This document shows positions 1 through 7,840 of a stretch of 32,000 nucleotides of DNA, in pieces. Positions within the stretch are counted from its first letter, which is position 1; the number at the start of each line of letters is the position of its first letter. The position numbers were made by a program, and so were the translations under genes. Location of the stretch: contig NZ_MPKA01000021.1 of the NCBI RefSeq assembly GCF_001945605.1, positions 48,157 through 80,156 on the forward strand, read 5' to 3'. The notes beneath the pieces are model-generated. The model was not told the DNA's origin. It did not search any database and saw only the letters and a list, made by a program, of their open reading frames with translations. Source of the DNA: Dubosiella newyorkensis. GTDB taxonomy: Bacteria; Bacillota_I; Bacilli_A; Erysipelotrichales; Erysipelotrichaceae.

Positions 1-266
1 ATCGTTTCATTTTCCTCGTAAGCAAGGGCTGTCTGGCTTAAATAATTCGCGTGATTTTCGATTGTCTGCACATAGGTGTCAAACACTGGATGCAGTCTAG
101 AAAACTCTTCCATCAATCTTGAGGAAGCCGGCGAAGTCCAAAACGATTGAACGTCGTGCATTTTAGCTTCGATTGAGAGAAAGATCGCGTTCATCTCTTG
201 TTCCATATTTTTGAGCTGGGCTGCGTATTGTTGTAGATCGGCCGCGCTGATTTTTAATTGTGACAT
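1..266 (-). CDS. WXG100-family (ESAT-6-like) small protein; 3' end cut by the window edge
   Basis: ATG at 266..264 is preceded by the SD AAAGGAAAG. Hand translation gives MSQLKISAADLQQYAAQLKNMEQEMNAIFLSIEAKMHDVQSFWTSPASSRLMEEFSRLHPVFDTYVQTIENHANYLSQTALAYEENE.., a two-helix WXG100 layout. The central motif is W-T-S rather than W-x-G. It lies directly downstream of a second WXG100 gene. It is absent from the ORF track because it is truncated. Confidence 0.7.
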   Translation of the reverse strand, partial: MSQLKISAADLQQYAAQLKNMEQEMNAIFLSIEAKMHDVQSFWTSPASSRLMEEFSRLHPVFDTYVQTIENHANYLSQTALAYEENET

Positions 267-281
267 CGTTTTCTTTCCTTT

Positions 282-572
282 CTACAGATTCCTTGCTTGA
301 GCAAGACGATTTTGTTGGAGCTGTTCATAACTCGAAGCGCATGTCTTCAACACATCGCTATAAGACTGTATAACGTAGACTAACTTTTTTAGCTCTGGCT
401 GAAGCGCTTGAACGTGTTCAATAAAAGCATCGTTGTCGCTTCCCGACCATATAGAAGAGGTTGAAAGCATGTGCTGATTGATCCTTTGGATCATAGATTC
501 GTACTCCAAAGCTTGGCTCGCTAAGCTTTGGCCCGCTTGATGAAGTTCTTGATAGTTGACTTTGATATTCAT
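282..572 (-). CDS. WXG100-family (EsxA/EsxB-like) T7SS substrate
   Basis: 96 aa, with a helix-turn-helix composition and a central IWSGSDNDAF (W-x-G) motif. SD AAAGGG lies upstream. Located in the operon with the EssC-like ATPase. Confidence 0.8.
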   Translation of the reverse strand: MNIKVNYQELHQAGQSLASQALEYESMIQRINQHMLSTSSIWSGSDNDAFIEHVQALQPELKKLVYVIQSYSDVLKTCASSYEQLQQNRLAQARNL

Positions 573-581
573 AGTACCCTT

Positions 582-803
582 TCAATAGACGATCAAATGA
601 TCGCCATGCTGCACGACTTCTTCATGAAATGAAGAATACAAGATTTGAGTCGTCTCTAAAACGACTACATTTTTAAAAACCGATGTCTCATAGAGACGAT
701 TCCATTCAAGAAGAAAGTGCTGGATCTTTAGCTTTGGATCGATCAAAACAAGCTGATATTCTTGTTCATAGACGCACTTGATCCACACATAGAGCTCATT
801 CAT
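582..803 (-). CDS. YukD/EsaB-like ubiquitin-fold T7SS accessory protein
   Basis: 73 aa. The C-terminal ..HGDHLIVY resembles the ..GDRLEIL end of B. subtilis YukD. The start overlaps the EssC stop (ATGAATGA, 8-nt overlap). The size and position next to essC are typical of this family. Confidence 0.55.
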   Translation of the reverse strand: MNELYVWIKCVYEQEYQLVLIDPKLKIQHFLLEWNRLYETSVFKNVVVLETTQILYSSFHEEVVQHGDHLIVY

Positions 804-3800
804 AAATATGAAGACATGCTCCGCAATCGATCGACTCCTCTTGAAACAAGATCATTTCATACGGTTCTAAGATCGATCGCTTATGAAATGTATACGCATA
901 GTCATTGAAGCCAGCTCCAAACCAAGCTAGATCCATGTTTTCGACCAATTTCGTATCCAAAAGCGTTCCCTCTTGGATCTGGATGATCGAAACGTCCGCC
1001 CTTTCATCGATTCTGCCAACACAAATGTCCAGGACCGGATCTTGAGCGCGCCAGATCTGCATCAAATAGAACAGATCCTCTTCTTTTTTTGCTTGAGCAT
1101 AGGCGATCAAGAGCGGTCGCTTACGCTGCCATACGAGAGGAAGACAATCGCTTCCATAGCCCAGCACGTAGCTGGAGAAATAGTTCTTCGCCTGGGAAAG
1201 CGTAAACATTTGATCGATTTGAGGATACGGCGCGGCAAGGCTGTTTTGGTTTTCAGCTTGGCTCCAGATCCCGCTGCAGATCGTCTGTTTATACGCTAGA
1301 TTCATCATTGGAAACTCCTTTCTAGAGATCTTATAGGTTTGCATGAAGGCGCGAGCGTGATCGATATCATAAAACGAGGACAAGATCCGGTATGTGAACA
1401 ATCGATAAAGCTCTTCGTTTCGCGCTTCGTACGAGGAAGTCAAGCAATATATTTTTAAGAACGGAATATTAACGATTCGTTCTACGTCTTTTGTGCCAAA
1501 TACGACCAGCGTGGCTCGTTTCTTCTCCTTGAGCAAAAAATAGAGCGATTTCCATTCAAAGTTTTTGTGCAGGATATAGACATCTGTTTCATGTGCGCAA
1601 ATCGAATCGACGATCTTTTCTTGCGCTTCATGACATAAAATCAGAGCCGATTGTCCATAGGTCAGCTTCGCTTCATAGACTTTTTTTTGCTTCGGCCAAT
1701 CCAATAGCCAAAGCGAAGAAAAGGAACATTCGCCTAACATCGGCATTACGATCGATATAGAGTCTTCTTGGCGCGCCTCGACTTTCTTTCTGACCCAGTT
1801 AAGAAGGCTTTCTTGTTTGAGGTCTTGATTTACGTAGCGGATCGAATCGAGACAAGACGAAGATGAATGGATATAAAAACTTCTTCCTTTCACTTCCTTG
1901 TCCCGACTTCCTTCTTGAAGAATAAATTCTCCGGCACGATTTAAACGACTCGCCCCCTCATGCATGAGCATTTCCCGGGAGTCGGCTGCTGTGTGTACTT
2001 TTAAACAGATCCGATATTTAGAATTGCTCACGATTTGTTCATCCACGATCCCAGCTGGCTTTTGCGTCGCCAGGATCAAATGGATCCCTAAGGAACGGCC
2101 AATGCGAGCAAATTCCTTCAAATCGCTCATCGCATCGGGGAAACGAGATTTTAATTGAGCGAACTCATCGACTACGATCCATAAATGGGCCATTTTATTT
2201 CCTTGTTCTCGATACGCATGAATATTGGCCGGCTTCCCGCTCTCTTCTTGAAAACGTGCCAACGCGACTTGCCTTTCCTCGATCTCTGCTTGCAAGGAAA
2301 GTAGAAAGCGTTCCATCCCCTCTGTCTCAAGATTGGTGATCTTTCCAGCGCAATGCGGAAATCCATAAAAAGCCTGACCGAAAGCGCCTCCCTTGAAATC
2401 GATCAAAATATATTGGAAATCCAAGGAAGAATACGTGTAGGTACCAAAAAGAAGGAGGCTGGAGATGAATTCAGATTTTCCCGAACCGGTGGTTCCCGCG
2501 ATCAATAGATGCCCTTCCTGCAGATCGATCCAAATAAGTTTTCCTTTTTCAAGACCAACCGGAAACGAGTATGAACGGTTGGAAGAGCGAATATAGGCGT
2601 CTTTGATCGAGTCGTTCAACGGCAGAACGTCTCTAGCGTGTGTTTTTTTTTGAAGGAAGAAAGGTCTAGAGATGATGGAATCAAAAGGAAACTCGCTCTT
2701 TTTTAAAGAACAATACAGAAGGGTCCAATGTTCTTCTTGACAAAATCGTTCATCGAGAAGCGCTTCATCACTAGTCACGATCCAATACGATTCTGTTTTG
2801 GATAAAAGGATAGTCGCTTGTTCATAAGATCGTATCGAAAGATAACCCTCCTCGATGCAGAAGGAATCTAAAACCGAATAGGCAGGTTCTCTTTCTAAAA
2901 ACACCCATTTGCTCGTCCGATTCGAAAGCGTGGAAAGATGATCGAACAAAGGCTCGATTTTTTCGCATTGGATCCAGACGCTTTGGCCTTTTTGAATTTC
3001 GCGAAAGATCGGAAGCTTCAAGTCAAGCTGGAGCAGCTGTTCTTTAGCATACGAGTACAACGGATCGTTTCGAGTTTGATAATTGACCTTCGGAAGACTT
3101 GGAAGAGAAAGAGGGATCCATTCAATTTGGATCGGGATCGTTTCTTGTTCAAGAGGATAGAGAGATAATTCTTCTTTAAAAGAATCGAAAGATTGTATGT
3201 ATTGATGGAACGCTTTTTGGATTTCTTGGATCCTTTCTTCGATATAGTTCTGGTACATCGTATTACGATGTTCTTCTTGTTGTTTTCGCTTCCGTTTTTG
3301 AAGGCGGACGTTGAAGAATCCAAGGCTCAAAAAGGAAAATGACATGAGAAGTGTCGTGATCGACGAAAGAAGGATCGATGTGATCGTTTGTTTTTGAGCG
3401 AACACTTGGATCAAGATAGAGATCGTTGTCGAGAGAAAGATCATGATTGAAGGCGCGATCGATTGGATCAGGGAAATCGATTCAGACTCTATCTTTTGAA
3501 GAAAAGCTTCAAGAGGAGAAAAAGAAGGAAGTACAGGAGGCGAGATCGTCTGCTTCATAGGGATCGATTGAATCGTCAATGTGGAGAAAAGCTCTTTGGG
3601 ATCCTTGAAAGAAAGATCGCTGATCAAAAATTTTGGATAATAAAAGATTGTGTGGATCGCAAAACAAATTTGATCGCCTTCATGAAGAGGTACGTTATGA
3701 ACCACTCGTTTGCCATTGACATACGTTCCGTTTTTAGAATAATCGTAAAGAATTCCATTTTCGATCGTGAAATGGAGCAACGAGATCGTAGGATCGAGTT

Positions 3801-3975
3801 CGCAAAAGCTTTCTCGACCAATTTCGATTCGGTGTTCGAAAGCGCACAGAAAGAAAGATTCTACTTTTTTTTGATAGGAATAAGTGGTCGGTTCGGGTAG
3901 TTTTGTTTTTGATTTAGTATGGGTGCGATAGTATACCGTATGAATGTCGTTGTTTATTTGCCCCAATTTATCCAT
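796..3975 (-). CDS. essC: EssC/YukB-like FtsK/SpoIIIE-family T7SS ATPase with N-terminal FHA domain (short form, 1059 aa)
   Basis: FHA-like segment: ..LLHFTIENGILYDYSKNGTYVNGKRV..LHEGDQICF. Two hydrophobic helices at about aa 175-225. Walker A GTTGSGKS at aa 494-501 (nt 2473-2496). Walker B HLWIVVDEFAQL. Confidence 0.85.
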   Translation of the reverse strand: MDKLGQINNDIHTVYYRTHTKSKTKLPEPTTYSYQKKVESFFLCAFEHRIEIGRESFCELDPTISLLHFTIENGILYDYSKNGTYVNGKRVVHNVPLHEGDQICFAIHTIFYYPKFLISDLSFKDPKELFSTLTIQSIPMKQTISPPVLPSFSPLEAFLQKIESESISLIQSIAPSIMIFLSTTISILIQVFAQKQTITSILLSSITTLLMSFSFLSLGFFNVRLQKRKRKQQEEHRNTMYQNYIEERIQEIQKAFHQYIQSFDSFKEELSLYPLEQETIPIQIEWIPLSLPSLPKVNYQTRNDPLYSYAKEQLLQLDLKLPIFREIQKGQSVWIQCEKIEPLFDHLSTLSNRTSKWVFLEREPAYSVLDSFCIEEGYLSIRSYEQATILLSKTESYWIVTSDEALLDERFCQEEHWTLLYCSLKKSEFPFDSIISRPFFLQKKTHARDVLPLNDSIKDAYIRSSNRSYSFPVGLEKGKLIWIDLQEGHLLIAGTTGSGKSEFISSLLLFGTYTYSSLDFQYILIDFKGGAFGQAFYGFPHCAGKITNLETEGMERFLLSLQAEIEERQVALARFQEESGKPANIHAYREQGNKMAHLWIVVDEFAQLKSRFPDAMSDLKEFARIGRSLGIHLILATQKPAGIVDEQIVSNSKYRICLKVHTAADSREMLMHEGASRLNRAGEFILQEGSRDKEVKGRSFYIHSSSSCLDSIRYVNQDLKQESLLNWVRKKVEARQEDSISIVMPMLGECSFSSLWLLDWPKQKKVYEAKLTYGQSALILCHEAQEKIVDSICAHETDVYILHKNFEWKSLYFLLKEKKRATLVVFGTKDVERIVNIPFLKIYCLTSSYEARNEELYRLFTYRILSSFYDIDHARAFMQTYKISRKEFPMMNLAYKQTICSGIWSQAENQNSLAAPYPQIDQMFTLSQAKNYFSSYVLGYGSDCLPLVWQRKRPLLIAYAQAKKEEDLFYLMQIWRAQDPVLDICVGRIDERADVSIIQIQEGTLLDTKLVENMDLAWFGAGFNDYAYTFHKRSILEPYEMILFQEESIDCGACLHIYE

Positions 3976-5381
3976 GTTCTAAACCAAGTGAAGAATGATT
4001 CGAAGGCGGCTTGCACTTGTTCCTTCCAAGTTGGTTTTCTTAGAATCAAGTTTTTCGAAACCACTTCTGTCGTTTTGTCATCATCATAGGTGACTTTGAT
4101 CGTATTTTTAGCTTTCTTTGCCTTCACTTCAATATAAGGCGAGTTTATCGTGTCATATTGAATGTCCTCCTTTTGAATCACTTGATCGTTCCACTTCACG
4201 TTTTTGATTTCCTTCCCTTCTTTATAAGGTAAACGGACGCGGAGAGTCTTAGCCCCGTCTCCATCCTCGATCCGCTCCATTTTTTGATCAAAAAATAGAA
4301 TCTCTTGTTTCGGTTCTGTTTTGTTCGGGATCTCTAGGAGCTTTTGAGGAATTTTGGGTTTTTGAACAGACGGGGGAGTCAAAACAAGGGGTGCAATCTT
4401 CGGTTTTTCGATCGAATCCTCTTTTACGATGGGCAGATATTCGGATTGTGGTGTTTCTTGCACGATTGGTTCTGGAATCGTTGGACGTTGTTCAAGAGGA
4501 AGAATGAATAGCCGTTGAGAAGATGTCCAAGTATTTCCATCCATATCGATCATTTCTATTTGTATATCGAATTCCTGGGATTCTGTCGTTGCTGGCAATG
4601 GAATCGAGAGCATATCCGAATACACTCGCTCATTGATTTTTACTTGAAAAGATTGAGGTGTTTGGCTTGTTTGAACGAATAATCGATCGTTTTCCCAATC
4701 GATGCTCGCATCCAGAGGGATAGGATCATAGCTGAGATTGATCCACTCGACTTCTTCAAGCAAATGCTTGGAGCGCAGTGTAAAAGAATTGATTCCATTT
4801 TCAAGCGTGGTCGTTTCCTCTTTGATCGGGTTTCCATTCTTCAAGATTTCAAGATCCTCTTGCTGCGTGATCGATATATTGTTTCCAGTCTGTTCATAGT
4901 CCGGAAAAATGAGAGGCCTGATCTCGAGAATCTTACTGCTTTCATTCCCGGCTTGATCTTTCAAATGCCATCGGACTGTTTTCATTTCTGGCTCGACGAT
5001 CAATTCGTCGTTTTCATAAAGCACATCGTCGATATAGATCGCACACTCTTTCAGATCCGTATCTAAGATCGAATATGGAAGCGAAGTAGAACGATTTATA
5101 TAAAGATAATCTTGGACGGGTAAAATAAGTTGAGGAGCCGATCGATCGCCAGTGATCGTTTGCACACCTTGTTCAAGGAGCTGATCTTGTTTGTCTTTGA
5201 GTAAAAATTCGAGTTCGAATGTTTGTGAAAGATGGATATCGATCCAATCTTGATCCCATTCTTTTCCATTGATCAAGATTTGACTTTTTTCGCGATCGAC
5301 TTTTTCATGAAATTTTAGATCGATCCTTTCTTCACTCGTTTCGACTTCAATATACGTTGGTGGTGGAAGTGTTGGTTGCAT
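3954..5381 (-). CDS. Hypothetical 475-aa beta-rich (Ig-like) protein with Pro/Lys-rich linker and Trp-rich C-terminal tail
   Basis: Start chosen at MQPTLPPP (ATG 5381..5379) because GGAGG lies 7 nt upstream; the track ORF starts 17 codons earlier. D-x-(A/D)-G-N motifs (KDQAGNES, IDMDGNTW) are typical of Ig-like domain ends. Linker: PLEQRPTIPEPIV..PKIAPLVLTPPSVQKPKIPQK. Tail: FESFFTWFRTWINWGK. No signal peptide or TM helix is seen. The 3' end overlaps the essC start by 22 nt. Confidence 0.6.
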   Translation of the reverse strand: MQPTLPPPTYIEVETSEERIDLKFHEKVDREKSQILINGKEWDQDWIDIHLSQTFELEFLLKDKQDQLLEQGVQTITGDRSAPQLILPVQDYLYINRSTSLPYSILDTDLKECAIYIDDVLYENDELIVEPEMKTVRWHLKDQAGNESSKILEIRPLIFPDYEQTGNNISITQQEDLEILKNGNPIKEETTTLENGINSFTLRSKHLLEEVEWINLSYDPIPLDASIDWENDRLFVQTSQTPQSFQVKINERVYSDMLSIPLPATTESQEFDIQIEMIDMDGNTWTSSQRLFILPLEQRPTIPEPIVQETPQSEYLPIVKEDSIEKPKIAPLVLTPPSVQKPKIPQKLLEIPNKTEPKQEILFFDQKMERIEDGDGAKTLRVRLPYKEGKEIKNVKWNDQVIQKEDIQYDTINSPYIEVKAKKAKNTIKVTYDDDKTTEVVSKNLILRKPTWKEQVQAAFESFFTWFRTWINWGK

Positions 5382-5392
5382 AATTACCTCCT

Positions 5393-6631
5393 TCATGCAA
5401 ATTCGGATGTAAAGAGCTGGAGCTGATCGCAAAGATCGATCAATTCTCGCCCTTCTTCATCCATCGTTTGGATTCTATCAAATGCGTCTGGTAGATACGT
5501 TTCTTTTTCCATGCTCGCGTACAATAAGATCAATTGAATATATCGCTTGATTGCTCGATCATGGACCTCTATTTTTTGGGCAAGTTCTTTTTGTTGATCG
5601 ATTGATAAAACGATTTGATGTTCGATGCATATTTCGATCAAACGAATGAGATCATCTTCTTGCCCGAGCTCTTTTAAAAGAAGAAAGAGTTCACTGGGTT
5701 CGAAATCTTCATCTTTCCCTGCCTGCCATTTTAAAAATAAGACGTTTTGGGCATCGATCGAATGGGTGTCGATTTTTTCCAACCAATATCGGCAAAGGAG
5801 CGGATCTTTTGTACGGATCACTTCGTTTGTGAAATAGTTTTGTTCTTTTTCTTCAAGAAGGGATCGTTCGAGCTTTCCTTCTTCGATCCAGTGATAGAGC
5901 GGACGTCCTTGAGCGATATATTGATCAATCAAATTCCGCGGCTGAAATTGGCACAGTCCAAAAAACAAGACAGACAGAAGAAGGAACAGTGCCAAGATCT
6001 TTATTTTATTTCGACGTTGTTTATAACGCTTGCGGATCGCGTTGGTGCTCGTAAACTGCTTTTTGATCCAGGATCGTTGAACGATTTGATAAAAAAGCGG
6101 GCTAGCATAGGCTAGATCGTCTTTTATCGACTTTAAAGCCTTCGATTGGGAGGGAAGTTCTTGAGAGAAAACATAAATGGAAGAAGTTTTGGAAGGAATA
6201 CAGCCATTGAAATCGATCAGTACAGGACTTCCATTCAAAACGAGTACATTGGAGGGTTTCCAATCGATATATAAGTACCCTGTTTGATGGAACGAATCGA
6301 TCGCATCGAGCAATTCTAAAAGAAATCGGATCCGCGTTTTATAGGCTGGATTTTTTTCGAGCCACGTTTCGAGCGACTGGCCTTCGATCTTTTCTTCAAT
6401 GATCGCAAGTGTGTTTTGTTCTTCGATCACATCGATCAAATGCGGATAATAGACACCTCTAAGTCTCGACAAGATTTCGATCTCCTGCAAATATTGATGC
6501 CTTAAGACAGGATCTTCTGTTTTGAGCATCGTTTTTTTTATCAATTCATTGCCTGTTTTTTCATCTTCTACGATCTCGACTTTTGAAAAATTCGTAAAGC
6601 AAACGATTTCTTTCGTTTTATAGCGGTTCAT
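5393..6631 (-). CDS. EssB/YukC-like membrane protein: N-terminal protein-kinase fold, one TM helix, helical C-terminal domain
   Basis: Kinase-like motifs, numbered from the M at 6631: LIKK (beta3 Lys candidate), LQEIEIL (alphaC Glu), YIDWKPSN (D123, K125, N128 of the catalytic loop), IDFNG (D140, DFG-like). No glycine-rich loop and no APE motif. TM helix: KILALFLLLSVLFFGLCQF. This architecture matches the pseudokinase-TM-helical layout of EssB. An alternative start at 6655 is possible. Confidence 0.6.
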   Translation of the reverse strand: MNRYKTKEIVCFTNFSKVEIVEDEKTGNELIKKTMLKTEDPVLRHQYLQEIEILSRLRGVYYPHLIDVIEEQNTLAIIEEKIEGQSLETWLEKNPAYKTRIRFLLELLDAIDSFHQTGYLYIDWKPSNVLVLNGSPVLIDFNGCIPSKTSSIYVFSQELPSQSKALKSIKDDLAYASPLFYQIVQRSWIKKQFTSTNAIRKRYKQRRNKIKILALFLLLSVLFFGLCQFQPRNLIDQYIAQGRPLYHWIEEGKLERSLLEEKEQNYFTNEVIRTKDPLLCRYWLEKIDTHSIDAQNVLFLKWQAGKDEDFEPSELFLLLKELGQEDDLIRLIEICIEHQIVLSIDQQKELAQKIEVHDRAIKRYIQLILLYASMEKETYLPDAFDRIQTMDEEGRELIDLCDQLQLFTSEFA

Positions 6632-7586
6632 GAAATTCAAGCTGCTTGTTCCCAAAGACGATCTTCATTCCATTCTTTAAGCGCATCTTACGGATAACGC
6701 GCTTCTCGCCAAGAAACGTTCCATTCGCGGACTTGAGATCTTGAAGATAATACCGTTCGTTGGTTTTCGTGATCTTAGCGTGTTTTAATGAGACGCTCGC
6801 TTCTTGTAGGCGTATTTCACAGCTCATCGCTCTACCCACTATCATTTGTTCGAACATTAATTCGTATCGATCTTGGCCATCATACAAATATGCGCTTGTC
6901 TCTTGTTGAGGATGAAAAAGGATTTGAGTATGTTCGAATTCTGGTGTTCTAGCTTCTTCTTCTATAAATTCGATCGCTCGAGAACAATACGTTCCAATTT
7001 CTTCGCGAGCGATAAAACCGCTTTCACGCTTTTGAAGGTGATACCACTTCTTTGGAAAGTATTTTTTTTGAAGCATCTTCAAGCCAATGATCACATTGGG
7101 GATGGAAAATTCTTTTTGGCGCAGGCTTTGATATAAATAGCCGCTAATTTCATAGGCGCTGTTCGTTCGATAGCGTCTTGCAAGATCTTGGATGAATTCT
7201 TTGCATTCATCATGGCGGTACATCCAGCAGTCGAGCTGCAAAGGCAAAACGATAAATCCAAACTCTGTACCCTTTGAAGACACATAGATCGATTCTGTAT
7301 CGAGAAGAACAGGCTTGTTCCGATTGACATTGATCGCTCTTTCTAATAGATCGATCAAAAAACAATAGCCTTCCTCTTCTTGAAAAATATATTGCTCCAA
7401 AAAATAAGAGAGCGGAACCAAATTTTGAAAAGAATAAGAGAGAATATTGGCCTCTAGGTTCGCCTCGATGCAATAGGCATCGGATCGGATCTTCTCAAGG
7501 ATCGATGGATCGATCATTTCTTTTTGTTTGAGATGAATATAAAGTGTTTGATCGCGTTCAATTTTTTTGAGAATTTGTTCTTTCAT
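6618..7586 (-). CDS. FHA-domain protein (C-terminal FHA, about 230-aa N-terminal domain of unknown function)
   Basis: C-terminus: ..MIVGRAMSCEIRLQEASVSLKHAKITKTNERYYLQDLKSANGTFLGEKRV..LKNGMKIVFG, a canonical FHA pattern (G-R...S-x-x-H...N-G-T). SD AAAGGGGA lies upstream. The stop overlaps the next gene by 14 nt. Confidence 0.85.
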   Translation of the reverse strand: MKEQILKKIERDQTLYIHLKQKEMIDPSILEKIRSDAYCIEANLEANILSYSFQNLVPLSYFLEQYIFQEEEGYCFLIDLLERAINVNRNKPVLLDTESIYVSSKGTEFGFIVLPLQLDCWMYRHDECKEFIQDLARRYRTNSAYEISGYLYQSLRQKEFSIPNVIIGLKMLQKKYFPKKWYHLQKRESGFIAREEIGTYCSRAIEFIEEEARTPEFEHTQILFHPQQETSAYLYDGQDRYELMFEQMIVGRAMSCEIRLQEASVSLKHAKITKTNERYYLQDLKSANGTFLGEKRVIRKMRLKNGMKIVFGNKQLEFHEPL

Positions 7587-7840
7587 AACGTCCCCTTTCT
7601 ATGTGCCTCTTATTAAATACGACAAAAATTCAAAAAATGGTCCCAATTTCTAAAATTTTTTTATTTTTTTGTCTTATGCATACGTACCTATTTATTAATC
7701 TATATCTTATATGTTATTAAAATATATTTTTTTCATATAATGTATAGACAAATAAAAAGAATTCGTATATTATGAAGACGTAAAAAATGTATACCCTTTC
7801 AACTAGGATCCATTGGAAGGAAAGAATAAGGAGAGAATTT

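Noticed and set aside
973-3900. Plus-strand and alternative-frame ORFs inside the essC-like gene (973-1299, 1964-2158, 2172-2366, 2938-3168, 3018-3323, 3463-3900, 3624-3821)
   Set aside because: All lie antisense to, or out of frame within, a long gene with clear domain content. They have no RBS and low-complexity Arg/Lys/Ser-rich translations. They are shadow ORFs.
7587-7840. Promoters for the divergent T7SS-like operon and the EIIC gene, and a RAT/antiterminator element upstream of EIIC
   Set aside because: The region is so AT-rich that many weak -10/-35-like hexamers occur. None had both good hexamers and 16-18-nt spacing on the T7SS side. No RAT-like sequence or leader terminator was seen upstream of EIIC.
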